From a virus: 41,840 bases of DNA. Positions 10,174 to 22,229 of the stretch are shown piece after piece. The notes under the pieces are model-generated. The model did no database searches. It was given only the letters and a program-made list of their open reading frames with translations, and was not told the origin of the DNA. A program made the translations under genes and the position numbers. The stretch lies in UHGV virus genome UHGV-0211239; one strand, given 5' to 3'. The first letter of the stretch is position 1. Every line of letters starts with the position of its first letter.

Positions 10174-11469
10174 TCACGCGGTCTGGTTAGGCAGACCAAC
10201 ACCAATTGCCTCTGGTCGTACAGCACATGCTGAATACCACACAGCAATACGGCACTTACCAGACAGAGTATTGATATCACCCTGCGTTGCGAAGATGCCG
10301 TTAACACCAATACCAGGAATGCTGAAGGAAGACGTTTTCATGCCAGCAAACAGTTCATGGGTTACCGGGATCGGCTGAGACAGCAGACGGATTGAGTCAT
10401 CAGCCCAGAACACGTTAGCGGTGGTTGTTGCCACGTTCAGAACGTTTACCGTAGTGGCATCAGCAAGAGAGGTGTTTACGTTAGCGTAAGCCTTCTCTTC
10501 TTTTGTCAGTGACGCGTCATCCAGTGCAATCGGTTTCGGCGTGATTTCGATGTGAGTACCATCGATCACACGGGTGATTGAGAAAGTCGCATCATCAGTC
10601 AGCACGTTCTTCGCCATCTGAGACAGGAATTTCACACCAGTGAAGCTGATTTTGTCGCCGCGCTTAAATCCGGTGGTGGAGGATACGGTCACCGTTGCAA
10701 CACGGTTGTCGACGTTCTCTTTGTTACCATCGGTATCAAGGGTGTATGCCTGCGGCTTAAACTTCTGCGCACCAGAAACAGTTACACCAGTAGCGGTTGA
10801 CTTGGTAACTGCAGGAAGTTTCGGTGAGCGAAGAATTTCATCAAAGCCAGCAATCTGACGCTGAATAGTACCGTTGCGATAAGCTTCTTCAGGAACGCGC
10901 CCAAAGATGTCACCATCTACCAGGTTGCGGCCTGCTTTGCGGTAATCGTCAGGGTTCAGGAAGTAACTGATGCCCATGTCGCGGTTGAGTTCGCGGGAGA
11001 ACATCAGGCGCTCTGCATCAGACACAAAATCCCAGCCAGACAGGCCAGTAGATGGACCAATTGCGCGGGTATCGTGAACAACAAGCGAGCCCATTTCAGT
11101 TGCCTGTTTGGCAATCGCTGACTCAATGTTATTCGCCAGTTTTTTGGCGGATGCCTGGATGCGGCGACGGTAAGAACGCTCATCACGCAGGTCATCTGCA
11201 CGAAGCTCGAAGAAATCGTTATCCGGATCGCCCATGTTGCATTTCACGGACAGTTCCAGAATACCGGTAGCGTTGCCAGTTAAATCCCAGCCAGTCTGAG
11301 TTGGCGCTTCCTGCTCAACAGGCATCCACACGGTGTTGCTTGAACGTTGCATGGATTCTGCCGGAGGGGTGTATTTTGTCACTTTGGACGCCATTGGCGT
11401 CAGGTTCTGGACGGTTTCGATGATTTCATCCAGAGCATACGTGACCAGTTGACCTTCATTTAATGCCAT
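10174..11469 (-). CDS. Major capsid (coat) protein, P22 gp5-like
   Basis: 431 aa; collinear high similarity to P22 coat as recalled (MALNEGQ.VT...[14 protein letters not shown]...NRDMG.SYF.NP.DY.KAG...LSG.CRIA.WY...[13 protein letters not shown]). Confidence 0.95.
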   Translation of the reverse strand: MALNEGQLVTYALDEIIETVQNLTPMASKVTKYTPPAESMQRSSNTVWMPVEQEAPTQTGWDLTGNATGILELSVKCNMGDPDNDFFELRADDLRDERSYRRRIQASAKKLANNIESAIAKQATEMGSLVVHDTRAIGPSTGLSGWDFVSDAERLMFSRELNRDMGISYFLNPDDYRKAGRNLVDGDIFGRVPEEAYRNGTIQRQIAGFDEILRSPKLPAVTKSTATGVTVSGAQKFKPQAYTLDTDGNKENVDNRVATVTVSSTTGFKRGDKISFTGVKFLSQMAKNVLTDDATFSITRVIDGTHIEITPKPIALDDASLTKEEKAYANVNTSLADATTVNVLNVATTTANVFWADDSIRLLSQPIPVTHELFAGMKTSSFSIPGIGVNGIFATQGDINTLSGKCRIAVWYSACAVRPEAIGVGLPNQTA

Positions 11470-12380
11470 TATCGAATTCCTTTATTCAGTTGCGCCTTGA
11501 GCTTGCGGTATGTCTCTACATCCCCTTTGTTTGCTGCCGCTTCCATCTGCTTTTCAATCGCAGATATATTTGCAGCAACAGCGTGTCCCTGAATGGGTTC
11601 ATCAGGTAGCGGGGCTTCTGAAACAGGTTTGGCTCGAGGCTTGAGAGTTAAACGTTCTGACAGTCGAGTGAGTTCAATCAGCGCGGATTGCCCGTCCATC
11701 GCCAGCAACTGGCGTGTTTTCTCAGGATTAGCACCAAGGTGATACATGAGAGCGGCGGATTTCTCCGGGAAGAGGCGCATGATGTCGGCACCGACTGCTG
11801 GCGGCACCAGTTGCATGAATGCATCCTCTTTCTCCTGATAGTCAGGGATATTGAGCTTTTCCGCTGCGTCGTAGTGCTTACGGGCTGCCTCGACGTATTG
11901 CGCTGATTGCTGGGTGAACTCCTGAGTTTTGCGCCCCTGCTCGGCGACAGCCTGGCTTCGTGCGTCCATAGCCTTGATCTGCCATTCACTGTTTGCCTGC
12001 TGGAAGGCAGCCAGTGCGCGGCTCTGGTCATAGTCGTACTTAGCCAGTGCATCTTCGGAAAGATAATCGTTAGGGTCTGGTTGTTTTGGTAACTCAGGGT
12101 TCACCCGCAGGTGCTCCGGCAACTCTCCACGCTTAACCGCCTCCATCTGCTGCTCAAGCTCACGCTGGCGTTTGCGTTCGATGCGGCGACGGGCAAATTC
12201 AGCATTAGTTGCCGGGTCTTGTTTTGGTTTCTCATCGTCTTTCAGGACAATCTCGAAGCCTTCTTCCTGACCTGCGTTGTCGTTGGCATTATCGACAACT
12301 AAGCCATCAGCAGATGCCGCTGCATGATTGCCGGGCAGGGTTAATTCTTCAGAAGCCTGAATGTCGGTGGTTTGGTCCAT
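11469..12380 (-). CDS. Scaffolding protein, P22 gp8-like
   Basis: 303 aa (same as P22 gp8); charged, helix-rich composition; between portal and coat. Confidence 0.85.
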   Translation of the reverse strand: MDQTTDIQASEELTLPGNHAAASADGLVVDNANDNAGQEEGFEIVLKDDEKPKQDPATNAEFARRRIERKRQRELEQQMEAVKRGELPEHLRVNPELPKQPDPNDYLSEDALAKYDYDQSRALAAFQQANSEWQIKAMDARSQAVAEQGRKTQEFTQQSAQYVEAARKHYDAAEKLNIPDYQEKEDAFMQLVPPAVGADIMRLFPEKSAALMYHLGANPEKTRQLLAMDGQSALIELTRLSERLTLKPRAKPVSEAPLPDEPIQGHAVAANISAIEKQMEAAANKGDVETYRKLKAQLNKGIR

Positions 12381-12393
12381 GATTAACTCTCTC

Positions 12394-14559
12394 TTATTGA
12401 GGTGTCTCGGCTACTCCGCCGGAGGGGATTTGAACTTGACGCATAAGATTCGCGAAATCCATGCGTTGTGAATGAGTCTGGTCTGCATCTTTAAGAAGCA
12501 GCTCAGCGTTAGCACGAGCATCTTTGCTGCGCTGTTGCTGGAATTGACCTACGAGCTTGAGGTACTCACGCAGTTCTGCCTGCTTGTCGAGGTCCATATT
12601 GTTGAAGATTTCTGCAATCTTCGCGGCGTTGAGTTGGTTTTGGGCTTCAACCTTGGCGGCTTCAACCTGAATCTGCGCCTGTTGGTTCTCTGCCTTGAGC
12701 AATTCAGCCTGACCTTGCAGAAGGATACCCTGAGCCTGAATTTGCTCTGCTGATGGCTGCTGCGGCTGTTGTTGTGCCTGCTGTACCATCTCCATCTCTT
12801 CAGGTGTTTCTGGTTTCTTCAGCCCCATCATCACCAGTTGCTTGTTCGCGTACTCTCGCATCATCTCGACGCCTTTACCGTCAAGCAGCGTGAAGTATTG
12901 CAGCATCAGCATCTGGAACTCTGGAGTACCTTGCGGAACCTTGGTGAGTAACTCCTGAATCTCTGCGCGGTTCTGTTCCTTCATGCTCTGGAAGGATGGC
13001 CCAACGTCCGTATAGCACTCATAGCGACCGCGAATGTCGTTGAGTGTGACCACATTGCCGGACTGGTAATCTACAACTTGCGCATAGAGTTGAACGTCTT
13101 TCTCGCTTCCATCTTCAAGTGTCAGCGTTACATGACGAGGAACGTCATAAATATCGTTGACCATTGAGGCATAAATCTCGCCATCACGTCGCATTGCGGT
13201 AGCAAGGTTATCCTGAAACACGTATGTCTCAAGGTCTGCCCGCATGTTCAGTTGATTGACGGTATCGAAAGCGACCTGACCATTTGCCGCCTGCGCATCC
13301 ACGCCAAGACTAGCCACCTCTTTCACTGCGTTGGTGGCTGCCTCAAGCATGTAAGCGTTGGCTTGCGGCACTTCAGGGTTTTCCATGTAGGAGATTGGAC
13401 CAATCGGCAGGTCGTTGCCGTTTTCATCGGTCTTGTTCTGCAAATAGTACGGATAGTCATCATTTCCACCGTACATGTATTCGTAGCCTTCGATTTGCTC
13501 AGGGAAGAAGGTCGGTTTCTTCTTCGGTGAACGAGCAACAATATCGGCGTTGAATGACATGATCATGTTACGAAGGCGTTGACCGTCTTTCGTCAGCCTT
13601 ACCACTCCTTCGTAGCACTCCTTGTCACCAGCGAATGACCATTCGCCATACACTGGAACGATTGGAATATGCTCTCCGGCTATCTTCTCGCGGTCTTTCA
13701 GTATCTGCGTGCAGGTGATGATCGACTTATACACACGCCGACGCTTGACCTTACGCTCTGCTACCTTAATGAATCCACGATTAGCCAGGTCATCGATGAC
13801 GTCTTTGATATCCTGCTGGTAATAGCTGACCGGCTCACCTGTCAGCGGGTCGCGGTAGATGAAGACTTTCTCCTTCTTCTCTTCTACCTCGTAATACTCA
13901 GCGACGTAGACGACATCATTCGACACCCAAGGAAACAGCCATGTGTCGTTCGGATTCTGGAAAGATGGCAAGGTGTCCGGATCAATACCGTAATCCTCTG
14001 CGAACTCTTTCCAGCCATTGCGTGACAAGGCGTTAATCACCGTGCAGTGCTTAGCGTCGCTCTTATCCATCTGCTTGCTGTTGGCGTCCCATATGACGTG
14101 TGAGCAGGCTTCATGGATTGGCAGGCGTCGGATTACCTGATTGTTGCTTGTTGGGTCGTTGTCTTCGTACTGGGTGACCAGACGCCATGCACCAACGCCG
14201 GACTCTATCTGCTCACGAACGCCAACGTTAACGGCAATCTTTGCCGTGTTATGGCGCATATCAGTACGATACATTCCCATCAACACATCGGCAGCATCAG
14301 GATTAGCGCCGTCTTTGGGTCGGAAGAGAACGTCGATAGGGTTCCGTCGCATCTCTGCTACCAGTTTCCTGACCACCGGGCGAACAACATCGAATTGTCC
14401 GCGATATTGCAGGGTAGTGTAGTTTGATAGCCAGTCATCCCATTGCGACACTCGGCTAAAATACAGGTCATTTGTCGCCTCGGTTCTGGCTTCATCGCTC
14501 GCCATCCAGTCCGCGTCAAACTTACACAGAATGGAATTGAGTCTGTTTTCGTCGGCCAT
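12394..14559 (-). CDS. Portal protein, P22 gp1-like
   Basis: 721 aa; N-terminus [23 protein letters not shown] and long Gln-rich C-terminal helical barrel typical of P22 portal. Confidence 0.9.
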   Translation of the reverse strand: MADENRLNSILCKFDADWMASDEARTEATNDLYFSRVSQWDDWLSNYTTLQYRGQFDVVRPVVRKLVAEMRRNPIDVLFRPKDGANPDAADVLMGMYRTDMRHNTAKIAVNVGVREQIESGVGAWRLVTQYEDNDPTSNNQVIRRLPIHEACSHVIWDANSKQMDKSDAKHCTVINALSRNGWKEFAEDYGIDPDTLPSFQNPNDTWLFPWVSNDVVYVAEYYEVEEKKEKVFIYRDPLTGEPVSYYQQDIKDVIDDLANRGFIKVAERKVKRRRVYKSIITCTQILKDREKIAGEHIPIVPVYGEWSFAGDKECYEGVVRLTKDGQRLRNMIMSFNADIVARSPKKKPTFFPEQIEGYEYMYGGNDDYPYYLQNKTDENGNDLPIGPISYMENPEVPQANAYMLEAATNAVKEVASLGVDAQAANGQVAFDTVNQLNMRADLETYVFQDNLATAMRRDGEIYASMVNDIYDVPRHVTLTLEDGSEKDVQLYAQVVDYQSGNVVTLNDIRGRYECYTDVGPSFQSMKEQNRAEIQELLTKVPQGTPEFQMLMLQYFTLLDGKGVEMMREYANKQLVMMGLKKPETPEEMEMVQQAQQQPQQPSAEQIQAQGILLQGQAELLKAENQQAQIQVEAAKVEAQNQLNAAKIAEIFNNMDLDKQAELREYLKLVGQFQQQRSKDARANAELLLKDADQTHSQRMDFANLMRQVQIPSGGVAETPQ

Positions 14560-16059
14560 TTAAGTTCTCCGTGCGATGGGCCTGATTGGGGCTGGTATCT
14601 TTTTCTCTTTTGGTTTTTTGATGTCGCGCATCATTTTGGCGAAGCGGCGCATCATGTATGCATAGCGAACGGCTGAGAGAACGTCGTCGTTAAGCTTGAC
14701 GATTTTCCCGTTTTCATCACGGTGATAGAGGCGGAACTCCTCAAAGAATGGCTCACAGGTGTTGAATACTTTGAAGCGACCATCGAGCATCATGTCGCGC
14801 AATTCAGTGATGCCAGGCTCCACAGCATTACCGCCATCAGGCCATGTCGCATGCTCCTGCAACATCATAAAACCAGCATCTGCATACTGCCCTTTGAGCT
14901 GCTCACCGCCGCCCTTCTCGTGCTGGTTTCCGTCATGAGGCCATGCGGTTGGCACTTTATGCGCCCATGATTTAACAGCTCCCCATGCCTGAACGGCTGT
15001 TTTTTCTTTCGCCTTCCACACGCGTGAAACGTAGATTGTGTCTGCGTCCTTATCCCACCAAAGCTGAACCTGCGCCTGTGGGTGATCCCATCCGAAATCC
15101 ATCCCGCCAATTACGTAGAAGTGATCAGGACACTCGAACGGCTGACACTTAATCGTCTCTTCCGGTATCTGGAAGATTCGACCACTACCCATCGTAGGAA
15201 TACCGCGAGCACGCGCCTCTCTCTCATGCTCGGGATAGGATGCGATGATTTGCTCTTTCTGCTCGTCTGTGTAGTGCTCAGCGTCGTAGATGGTCATGTT
15301 GACCACTTTCTGTGACTTGCTGGGATTCTTCAGGAACTTGGTAACAACGTCAGACATCCCCATCAGCGGGGTAAACGTCAGAATTGAGAATTGCCCGTAT
15401 TTGTTGGTACGGGTAAGACCTTCGCCATAAATGCTGTATGGTGGCTCTTCGTCAAACCACACGCCGTGGATTGTGTCACCCTGCCAGCGAGCACGGCCTT
15501 GCGAGTATGGTTTGAAGTAGCAGATTGAAATGCCATCTTCAACGCCATCAGCCGTGTGATGCTTAACCAGAAGATGATCAACAAGGTTCGGAAAGAAAGG
15601 AGACTTCTTCCAGCTAATGATGTCTTCTTTCGGTATGGAACCGTAGCCAGGCTCATCATTCTCTTCGATACGACCGCACAGGATACGTTGAGTCGTTTTG
15701 GTTACAGTCTCGTTTGTCTCGCCGCCAATCCAGAAGACAACAGGCTCATAGAAACGCTTACCTTTCCACTCCCCGCCATATTTACCATCAGCCGGATAGC
15801 CTTTTGTGCCCGGATAACGCCCGGTAAGGTGAAACGCGACTTCAGCAGCACCAGTAAATGACTTACCAAGCTGGTTACCAGCCATAAAACATCGCTCTGG
15901 ATAGTCATGTCCGGCGTCGATGAACTCACGCTGTTTGCTGTATGGCGTAAATTCATATAGCAAGTGTGTGTTCCGGTAGTTCTCTTCTTCTTCGAGTAGC
16001 TCGAGCAACTCGATTTGCTCTTCGTCGCTCAGGTTATCAAGAATCGCGTCCAGTTCCAC
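14560..16059 (-). CDS. Terminase large subunit, P22 gp2-like
   Basis: 499 aa (same as P22 gp2); ATPase and nuclease regions; directly upstream of portal. Confidence 0.9.
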   Translation of the reverse strand: MELDAILDNLSDEEQIELLELLEEEENYRNTHLLYEFTPYSKQREFIDAGHDYPERCFMAGNQLGKSFTGAAEVAFHLTGRYPGTKGYPADGKYGGEWKGKRFYEPVVFWIGGETNETVTKTTQRILCGRIEENDEPGYGSIPKEDIISWKKSPFFPNLVDHLLVKHHTADGVEDGISICYFKPYSQGRARWQGDTIHGVWFDEEPPYSIYGEGLTRTNKYGQFSILTFTPLMGMSDVVTKFLKNPSKSQKVVNMTIYDAEHYTDEQKEQIIASYPEHEREARARGIPTMGSGRIFQIPEETIKCQPFECPDHFYVIGGMDFGWDHPQAQVQLWWDKDADTIYVSRVWKAKEKTAVQAWGAVKSWAHKVPTAWPHDGNQHEKGGGEQLKGQYADAGFMMLQEHATWPDGGNAVEPGITELRDMMLDGRFKVFNTCEPFFEEFRLYHRDENGKIVKLNDDVLSAVRYAYMMRRFAKMMRDIKKPKEKKIPAPIRPIARRT

Positions 16060-16531
16060 GGTTGAATAGCTCCTTGATACGAGAACGTCGCTTATCGCGA
16101 TCTCCCTTATCAGGTGTCACGTCTTCAACTTGCGACTGCTCTTTGAGGCCCAAATCACGGGCGATGATGTTAGCGTTGAGAAGGTCAGCGGCTGCGCCAG
16201 AGAATTTCTGGTCGTAGATGATGTCTTCCGCTCGTGATGTGACGTCAGAAAAACCTTCCATTGACCGGAAGGTTCCCCATGTTTGCCTGGTGATATCAAG
16301 GAAGGTACACAATCCTGAAATCGTCATGGCTCGCATCTTAGGGACATTAGCCTTAATTATTTCTCCCTGATATGAAAATACCTTACCCTCCCATAGCGGG
16401 TTATCATCAGCCCACTCGAAGTATTCACAACAAGCAGCCCACAGCGCCTCAGGCGATTCGAATTTAGGATTTCGCCCATGACTACTGCGGGCCTCCCAAA
16501 ATCGGTTGCCCTTTGGTGCTGCCATATTCAT
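16037..16531 (-). CDS. Terminase small subunit, P22 gp3-like
   Basis: 164 aa; [46 protein letters not shown] matches P22 gp3 N-terminus; overlaps terL start. Confidence 0.9.
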   Translation of the reverse strand: MNMAAPKGNRFWEARSSHGRNPKFESPEALWAACCEYFEWADDNPLWEGKVFSYQGEIIKANVPKMRAMTISGLCTFLDITRQTWGTFRSMEGFSDVTSRAEDIIYDQKFSGAAADLLNANIIARDLGLKEQSQVEDVTPDKGDRDKRRSRIKELFNRGTGRDS

Positions 16532-16560
16532 CTCACTTAGTTGTTATTTCAGGTTGAGCA

Positions 16561-16803
16561 TCATGCTCCGGTAGTGAACAGGTCTAACGCTTCCTTCGAT
16601 TTACGCACTGCTTCGAATGTGCGGATCGTGATATCTGAATTAGCGCCGCCTGACTGGAAGTGAATTTTGAATAACTCAAGCTTCAGTTCGTCAGTGCCAA
16701 TGAACTGAAATGCTTCTTCTGCGGCTGCGTTCTGGTTCATGACCAGTTTGTAAATCTCTAACTGGAATTTCTGTTCTTCAGTCATGGGAATAATCTCTGC
16801 CAT
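16561..16803 (-). CDS. Hypothetical protein between lysis and packaging genes
   Basis: 80-aa ORF with ATG start; no motif recognised. Confidence 0.45.
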   Translation of the reverse strand: MAEIIPMTEEQKFQLEIYKLVMNQNAAAEEAFQFIGTDELKLELFKIHFQSGGANSDITIRTFEAVRKSKEALDLFTTGA

Positions 16804-17107
16804 TGTTGGCTCCGTTTATCCGTTAAAAGGGATATCAGTTAAGTTATCCCGTGTAGGGTATAAGCCATTATCAAAGCCACTCTGTAGGAAGTGGCTTTTG
16901 TAATGGCAATAAAAAGCCCCGCGAATGCGAGGCTAAATCCTGGTATTTGTAATGACTGGCTCTTATCTCAACGCAGCCCCTTACCGCGCGCAAAATGCTC
17001 AATATCAAGCATCAGCAATGAGATGTTTAATCTGGATTCACTCCAGAAGTGAGCACCACCCTGTCTACAGAGCCAGATGTGAAGGATGATGAGTAAAATT
17101 ATCGCTA

Positions 17108-17575
17108 TCATCGAAGGCATTGCGTCCTGATGTATTCCTGAAGCGTTCTCAGTGCTGTTTGGTCGCGGATAATTCCGTCCCGGATACCGAGAACGTTTCG
17201 TCCAGCAACTGGAGAGAGTTCGACGGTGGCATCATTGCCCATGCCGGAGGCGCTGGAGGTTTCGTCTGAGGATGGCACAGGGCATTTTCCTTTGACGAGC
17301 ACCCTGCCACCATTATCAAGCTTGCGCCGAAGAGCATCATTTTCAGCTTTCGCATCAGCTAACTCCTTCGTGTATTTATCATCGAGTGCATCAGCATCAC
17401 GCTGGCGCTGCTGCATGTCAGTAATGGTGGCGTTCGCCTTCTCCAGTTCACTGGCCTTGTTATCGCGCTGTTCTTTGTAGGCGATTGCATTATCACGGTA
17501 ATGATTAACAGCCCATGACAGGCAGACGATGAAGCAAATAACCAGAGCGGAGATAATCGCGGTTACTCTGCTCAT
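17108..17575 (-). CDS. Rz: i-spanin Rz
   Basis: 155 aa; N-terminus [31 protein letters not shown] matches lambda Rz; C-terminal half diverged. Confidence 0.85.
   Translation of the reverse strand: MSRVTAIISALVICFIVCLSWAVNHYRDNAIAYKEQRDNKASELEKANATITDMQQRQRDADALDDKYTKELADAKAENDALRRKLDNGGRVLVKGKCPVPSSDETSSASGMGNDATVELSPVAGRNVLGIRDGIIRDQTALRTLQEYIRTQCLR
17149..17355 (-). CDS. Rz1: o-spanin Rz1 (lipoprotein, embedded in Rz in +1 frame)
   Basis: 68-aa ORF inside Rz; lipobox LIMVAGC followed by Pro-rich PPAPPAW. Confidence 0.75.
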   Translation of the reverse strand: MRKLKMMLFGASLIMVAGCSSKENALCHPQTKPPAPPAWAMMPPSNSLQLLDETFSVSGTELSATKQH

Positions 17576-18048
17576 ACCTCAATCTCTCTGACCGTTCCGC
17601 CAGCCTCTTTGAATTTTGCAATCAGGCTGTCAGCCTTATGCTCGAACTGACCATAACCAGCGCCCGGCAGTGAAGCCCAGATATTGCTGCAACGGTCGAT
17701 TGCCTGACGGATATCACCGCGGTCAATCATCGGCAAAGCGCCACGCTCTTTAATCTGCTGCAATGCAACAGCATCCTGGCTTTTAGGAGAGAAGTCTTTC
17801 AGGCCAAGCTGCTTACGGTAGGCGTCCCACCAACGGGAAAGAAGCTGGTAACGGCCTGCAGCTGTTGATTTGAGTTTGGGGTTTAGCGTGACAAGTTTGC
17901 GAGGGTGATCGGAGTAATCAGTGAATAGCTCTCCGCCAACAATGACGTCATAACCATGATTTCTGGTTTTCTGCCGTCCGTTATCAGTTCCCTCTGACCA
18001 CGCCAGCATATCGAGGAACGCCTTACGTTGATTATTGATTTCCACCAT
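17572..18048 (-). CDS. R: Endolysin (lambda R-type lytic transglycosylase)
   Basis: 158 aa; near-identical to lambda R as recalled ([35 protein letters not shown]...). Confidence 0.9.
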   Translation of the reverse strand: MVEINNQRKAFLDMLAWSEGTDNGRQKTRNHGYDVIVGGELFTDYSDHPRKLVTLNPKLKSTAAGRYQLLSRWWDAYRKQLGLKDFSPKSQDAVALQQIKERGALPMIDRGDIRQAIDRCSNIWASLPGAGYGQFEHKADSLIAKFKEAGGTVREIEV

Positions 18049-18355
18049 CTTCTACTCCGGCTTTTTTAGCAGCGAAGCGTTTGATAAGCGAACCAATCGA
18101 GTCAGTACCGATGTAGCCGATGAACACGCTCGTTATATAAGCGAGGTTGCTACTTAGTCCGGCGAAGTCGAGAAGGTCACGAATGAACCAGGCGATAATG
18201 GCGCACATCGTTGCGTCGATTACTGTTTTTGTAAACGCACCGCCATTATATCTGCCGCGAAGGTACGCCATTGCAAACGCAAGGATTGCCCCGATGCCTT
18301 GTTCCTTTGCCGCGAGAATGGCGGCTAACAGGTCATGTTTTTCTGGCATCTTCAT
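18032..18355 (-). CDS. S: Holin/antiholin S (dual-start MKM)
   Basis: 107 aa; [43 protein letters not shown] matches lambda S. Confidence 0.9.
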   Translation of the reverse strand: MKMPEKHDLLAAILAAKEQGIGAILAFAMAYLRGRYNGGAFTKTVIDATMCAIIAWFIRDLLDFAGLSSNLAYITSVFIGYIGTDSIGSLIKRFAAKKAGVEDGGNQ

Positions 18356-18598
18356 GTCTTACCCCCAATAAGGGGATTTGCTCTATTTAATTAGGAATAA
18401 GGTCGATTACTGATAGAACAAATCCAGGCTACTGTGTTTAGTAATCAGATTTGTTCGTGACCGATATGCACGGGCAAAACGGCATGAGGTTGTTAGCGCA
18501 ACCTCCTGCCACCCGCTTTCACGAAGGTCATGTGTAGAAGGCCGCAGCGTAACTATCACTGATGAATTCAGGATAGCCAGTGGCTACGGCTCAGTTAT

Positions 18599-18673
18599 GG
18601 TGCTGGTTAACGGACTTGAACCGCTACACATTCGCTTACAAGGCGACTGCTCTACCATTGGAGCTAAACCAGC
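18599..18673 (-). tRNA. tRNA-Thr-like (anticodon UGU)
   Basis: Manual cloverleaf on minus strand: 7/7 acceptor stem, 4-bp D stem, anticodon loop CUUGUAA, T stem with loop UUCAAGU, discriminator A then CC; one non-WC pair at 27-43 and C at position 14. Confidence 0.55.
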
Positions 18674-18678
18674 ATATT

Positions 18679-18753
18679 TGGCGGGACAGCGTGGACTCGA
18701 ACCACGATAAGAAGGTTAACAGCCTTCCGTAATGACCTTTATACGACTGACCC
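18679..18753 (-). tRNA. tRNA-Asn-like (anticodon GUU), possibly degenerate
   Basis: Manual cloverleaf: anticodon stem 5/5 with loop CUGUUAA, T arm CGUGG-UUCGAGU-CCACG, encoded CCA; acceptor stem has one U-U mismatch, D stem 3 bp. Confidence 0.45.
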
Positions 18754-19010
18754 AAATAAAAAATCCCGAAACCGTTATGCAGGATCTAACTATTACCTGC
18801 GAACTGTTTCGGGATTGCATTTGCAGACCTCTCAGCCTGCGATGGTTGGAGTTCCAGACGATACGTCGAAGTGACCAACTAGGCGGAATCGGTAGTAAGC
18901 GCCGCCTCTTTTCATCTCACTACCACAACGAGCGAATTAACCCATCGTTGGGTCAAATTTACCCAACTTTATTCAAAAAGTCAATATCATGCCGTTAATA
19001 TGTTGCCATC
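18754..19010 (-). promoter_or_regulatory. Late promoter PR', qut and 6S-RNA/tR' leader (lambda-type)
   Basis: Minus-strand sequence ttgactttttgaataaagttgggtaaatttgacccaacgatgggttaattcgctcg...cccgaaac...ggtttcgggatttttt matches the lambda PR'/6S leader ending in the tR' hairpin and U-run. Confidence 0.65.
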
Positions 19011-19026
19011 CGTGGCAATCATGCTG

Positions 19027-19650
19027 CTAACGTGTGACCGCATTCAAAATGTTGTCTGCGATTGACTCTTCTTTGTGGCATTGCACCACCAGAGCGTCAT
19101 ACAGAGGCTTAACAGTGCGTGACCAGGTGGGTTGAGTAAGGTTTGGGATTAGCATCGTTACAGCGCGATATGCGGCGCTTGCTGGCATTCTTGAATAGCC
19201 GACACCTTTGCATCTTCCGCACTCTTTCTCAACAACTCTCCCCCACTGCTCTGTTTTGGCTATATCAACCGCACGGCCTGTACCGTGGCAATCTCTGCAT
19301 CTTGCGCCCGGCGTAGCGGCACTACGACAATAATCCGCATAAGCGAATGTTGCGAGCACTTGCAGTACCTTTGCCTTAGTATTTCCTTCAAGCTTTGCCA
19401 CACCACGGTATTTCCCCGATACCTTGTGTGCAAATTGCATCAGATAGTTGATAGCCTTTTGTTTGTCGTTCTGGCTGAGTTCGTGCTTACCACAGAATGC
19501 AGCCATTCCGAATCCGGCTTGTGATTGCGCCATCCCCATAGCAGCCATCACATCAGTACCGGAAAGAGAGTCAGAAGCCGTAGCCCGTGGTGAGTCGCTC
19601 ATCATCGGGCTTTTTGGCGAATGAAATTTAGCTACGCTTTCGAGTCTCAT
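19027..19650 (-). CDS. Q: Late antiterminator Q (lambda-type)
   Basis: 207 aa; essentially identical to lambda Q as recalled ([28 protein letters not shown]...). Confidence 0.9.
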   Translation of the reverse strand: MRLESVAKFHSPKSPMMSDSPRATASDSLSGTDVMAAMGMAQSQAGFGMAAFCGKHELSQNDKQKAINYLMQFAHKVSGKYRGVAKLEGNTKAKVLQVLATFAYADYCRSAATPGARCRDCHGTGRAVDIAKTEQWGRVVEKECGRCKGVGYSRMPASAAYRAVTMLIPNLTQPTWSRTVKPLYDALVVQCHKEESIADNILNAVTR

Positions 19651-20312
19651 GCGCCTTCTCCCTGTACCTGAATCAATGTGAGGTTTCCGCAGAACACTGC
19701 GCCGGTATCGATATACATCTGGTTGGCAAACTTGAGTGGTTTCACTGCTGGCGTATGACCAAAGATGAACGTGTCCGCTCCTTTGATTTCTTTTACGATC
19801 CCGTCTTGTGAGTTGCTGATTCGTTCGCGGTTCCAGATTACCTGCTGATGATCAACTGGCTTTCCAAACTCGTATTCGTCACAAGGATAATCGGCGTGGC
19901 AGATGACATATTTTTTATCTTTGCTCACCAGTTCGATGATTAACGGAAGTTCATCTGCTTTATGGGCAAGAGCTTTAGCCAGAATTTCTTTGTCGTAATC
20001 GAGATTAAAGAACCAGCCACCGCCATTAAGCATCCAGTGATTGACGTTTCCGCGCTCTGATAAGCCATCAATCATCATTTGCTCATGGTTTCCACGTACA
20101 GCTCTGAACCAGGGGAATGTGATTAATTCCAGGCATTCGACGTTCTCTGTACCGCGATCGACCAAATCGCCAACCGAGATAAGCAGGTCTTTTTTGGTGT
20201 CGAATCCTATCGTCTCCAGTTTTTTCATCAGGTTCGTGTAGCATCCGTGCAGATCGCCAACTACCCAAATATTTCGGTATTTGCTGCCATCAATTTTTTC
20301 GTAATAGCGCAT
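19647..20312 (-). CDS. ninI: Ser/Thr protein phosphatase NinI
   Basis: Start re-set to [25 protein letters not shown] (track start is upstream); metallophosphatase motifs GDLHG, GDLVDRG, GNHE. Confidence 0.9.
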   Translation of the reverse strand: MRYYEKIDGSKYRNIWVVGDLHGCYTNLMKKLETIGFDTKKDLLISVGDLVDRGTENVECLELITFPWFRAVRGNHEQMMIDGLSERGNVNHWMLNGGGWFFNLDYDKEILAKALAHKADELPLIIELVSKDKKYVICHADYPCDEYEFGKPVDHQQVIWNRERISNSQDGIVKEIKGADTFIFGHTPAVKPLKFANQMYIDTGAVFCGNLTLIQVQGEGA

Positions 20313-20496
20313 CTCTTTCACTCCATCCGCGATGAACCATGAGAACGTCGTTGACGATGGCGTGCATTTTCCCGTCTTTATCATCAACGTATTTTCTGAC
20401 CGTACCGCGACTACATTTCAGTCTGCGTGCTACTTCTGTCTGGTTTCCGTATGCTTCAACGAGCATGTCTGGAATGGTTTTTACTGAGAACGTCAT
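20290..20496 (-). CDS. ninH: NinH
   Basis: 68 aa; [37 protein letters not shown] matches lambda NinH. Confidence 0.85.
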   Translation of the reverse strand: MTFSVKTIPDMLVEAYGNQTEVARRLKCSRGTVRKYVDDKDGKMHAIVNDVLMVHRGWSERDALLRKN

Positions 20497-21104
20497 GCGG
20501 CCTCACTTCTGCTATTTCGCAGGTCTTTGAGTTTCTGTTGGTACTCTGCCTTGATCGCCTTGCACTCTTCGATAGTCCAGCGATGGCGGTTATGGTTTGA
20601 TTCGATTTCGTCTACTGCTTCCTGCCCGATGCGATTAATCAGTTCGACGCGATACGGAACGAGATTTCCGCTTTTGTGCTGGTTGCACACCACGCATTGC
20701 TTGTGAATATTGCGTTCATCAAATCGGAGTTGAGGTGCCGCAGCAGTTGTCCGGTAATGTCCGGCATCCCACTGAGCAGACGTGAGCGTTCCGCACGAGA
20801 TACATGGTAAGTCGCGGTCTCTTTCTCTGATGAAGGCGTTTACGGCTTGTTGGGCTTGTTTAATCCAGTAACTGCGGGGCTTTAAGGCGAGTTTTCGAAT
20901 CTTCAGTTTATCTTTCTGTTTCTGCTCCTCTCGTCGTAGTTTCTTCTCTGCTGCTTTTTCCGCTTTTTCGCGTTCTTTACTTCGTCGTTCGAGTGCTATC
21001 TTTGTTCCACACTCTGGAGAGCACCACCACTGATTAGCGAATGCAGGGTGAAACCATTCCCGACATTCATCGTTTTTACATCGTCTTCGCGCTGGTTTAG
21101 CCAT
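20493..21104 (-). CDS. ninG: NinG (Rap) recombination endonuclease
   Basis: 203 aa; Cys-rich [20 protein letters not shown]...; matches lambda NinG. Confidence 0.85.
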   Translation of the reverse strand: MAKPARRRCKNDECREWFHPAFANQWWCSPECGTKIALERRSKEREKAEKAAEKKLRREEQKQKDKLKIRKLALKPRSYWIKQAQQAVNAFIRERDRDLPCISCGTLTSAQWDAGHYRTTAAAPQLRFDERNIHKQCVVCNQHKSGNLVPYRVELINRIGQEAVDEIESNHNRHRWTIEECKAIKAEYQQKLKDLRNSRSEAA

Positions 21105-21273
21105 CGTCTTCTTCCTCGTACATTGAGCTATTCGGATCGCTCATCAGTTCTGCGCAGCAGTGCTCACACACGTGAACTTCCAGCACATGCAGCTTCTGGC
21201 CGCAGTTAGCGCACGTTAAAGCCCGCTCGAAGCTTTCTTTCTGGTATTGAAGGGATTGGGATGGGCTAAGCAT
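21097..21273 (-). CDS. ninF: NinF
   Basis: Not in ORF track (under 60 aa). Manual translation [58 protein letters not shown]; overlapping start/stop with neighbours. Confidence 0.75.
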   Translation of the reverse strand: MLSPSQSLQYQKESFERALTCANCGQKLHVLEVHVCEHCCAELMSDPNSSMYEEEDDG

Positions 21274-21638
21274 TATTGGATTCTCTGCATCATGAGAAAG
21301 ACAATCATGGCGGCGCGGAGGGGATTTTCATGTATAGCTCGCTTAGATTTACAGTAGGCCACACCGCGTGCACCCCACTCGTCTTCATCGAGATTGATAA
21401 TGCTAATCCTGTATTTTTCAATAATCGGCCATGCGTCTGCTGGGTTTACGCATGGGTTAAATGATCCGCGCTCAACTTCTACTTCAACTGCGTCTCCGTT
21501 TACAACGTCTCCCTCAAATGAGACAAACACCATATCGCCATTCTCACCTTCTTTGTAATCCGGTGATCCGTTATGAATGGCTTCGAATACCGCCACGTTA
21601 ATTTCAAAATCACTTAACTGTGAATAATCCATTGTCAT
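21273..21638 (-). CDS. nin-region hypothetical protein
   Basis: Start re-set to [15 protein letters not shown] with SD gaggaa; acidic protein. Confidence 0.55.
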   Translation of the reverse strand: MTMDYSQLSDFEINVAVFEAIHNGSPDYKEGENGDMVFVSFEGDVVNGDAVEVEVERGSFNPCVNPADAWPIIEKYRISIINLDEDEWGARGVAYCKSKRAIHENPLRAAMIVFLMMQRIQ

Positions 21639-21811
21639 TTCCTCGCACGATGTCTTAGCCACCGGATATCCCACAGGTGAGCCGTGTAGTTGAAGGTTTT
21701 TACGTCAGATTCTTTTGGGATTGGCTTGCGTTTATTTCTGGAGCGTTTCGTTGGAAGGTATTTGCAGTTTTCACAGATTATGTCGGTGATACTTCGTCGC
21801 TGTCGTCTCAT
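21635..21811 (-). CDS. ninE: NinE
   Basis: Start re-set to [27 protein letters not shown]...; ATGA overlap with ninB stop. Confidence 0.7.
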   Translation of the reverse strand: MRRQRRSITDIICENCKYLPTKRSRNKRKPIPKESDVKTFNYTAHLWDIRWLRHRARK

Positions 21812-22218
21812 TCGTACCTCCTGTCGGTAAATCTGACACCCTGACCAATAGCCCAAGCTGTTGTGTACTCGATAAGACTTGCCATACGCTTCACACTCAT
21901 CTGCGCGCTGCTTTCGCGAATGTTGACGTATTCGCCTTCAAGCCCGGGCAAAACATCAGCTTCCTGTTTTGTTGCCACTGCATGACCGCTGATCAACAAA
22001 ACCTTCCATTGTTCCGGTTTTAACCATTTTCCGCACCATTGAACCTGACGTGCGATATCCGCCAGCATCGCGTGAAATTTTGCGTTCTGGTCAAGGTTGC
22101 GCTTGTAGTCAGTAATGCGGATGGTGACTGGCTTGTCTTTATCGAGTGGTGTTGCGAGGATGGCATTTATTGCAGCTTGCTGTTGTTGCTTAGTTCGGAG
22201 GAAGATTGTTTGCTTCAC
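21808..22218 (-). CDS. ninB: NinB (Orf-family recombination mediator)
   Basis: 136 aa; ...[24 protein letters not shown]... resembles lambda NinB. Confidence 0.8.
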   Translation of the reverse strand: MKQTIFLRTKQQQQAAINAILATPLDKDKPVTIRITDYKRNLDQNAKFHAMLADIARQVQWCGKWLKPEQWKVLLISGHAVATKQEADVLPGLEGEYVNIRESSAQMSVKRMASLIEYTTAWAIGQGVRFTDRRYE

Positions 22219-22229
22219 TGAATACTCCT

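Noticed and set aside
18541-18590. tRNA-like hairpin (acceptor-like stem GCCGUAG / CUGCGGC)
   Set aside because: Only about 50 nt with no recognisable D or T arms; too short for a tRNA, at most a fragment.
18732-18998. 88-aa plus-strand ORF
   Set aside because: Lies antisense across the PR'/qut/6S leader; the region is regulatory RNA.
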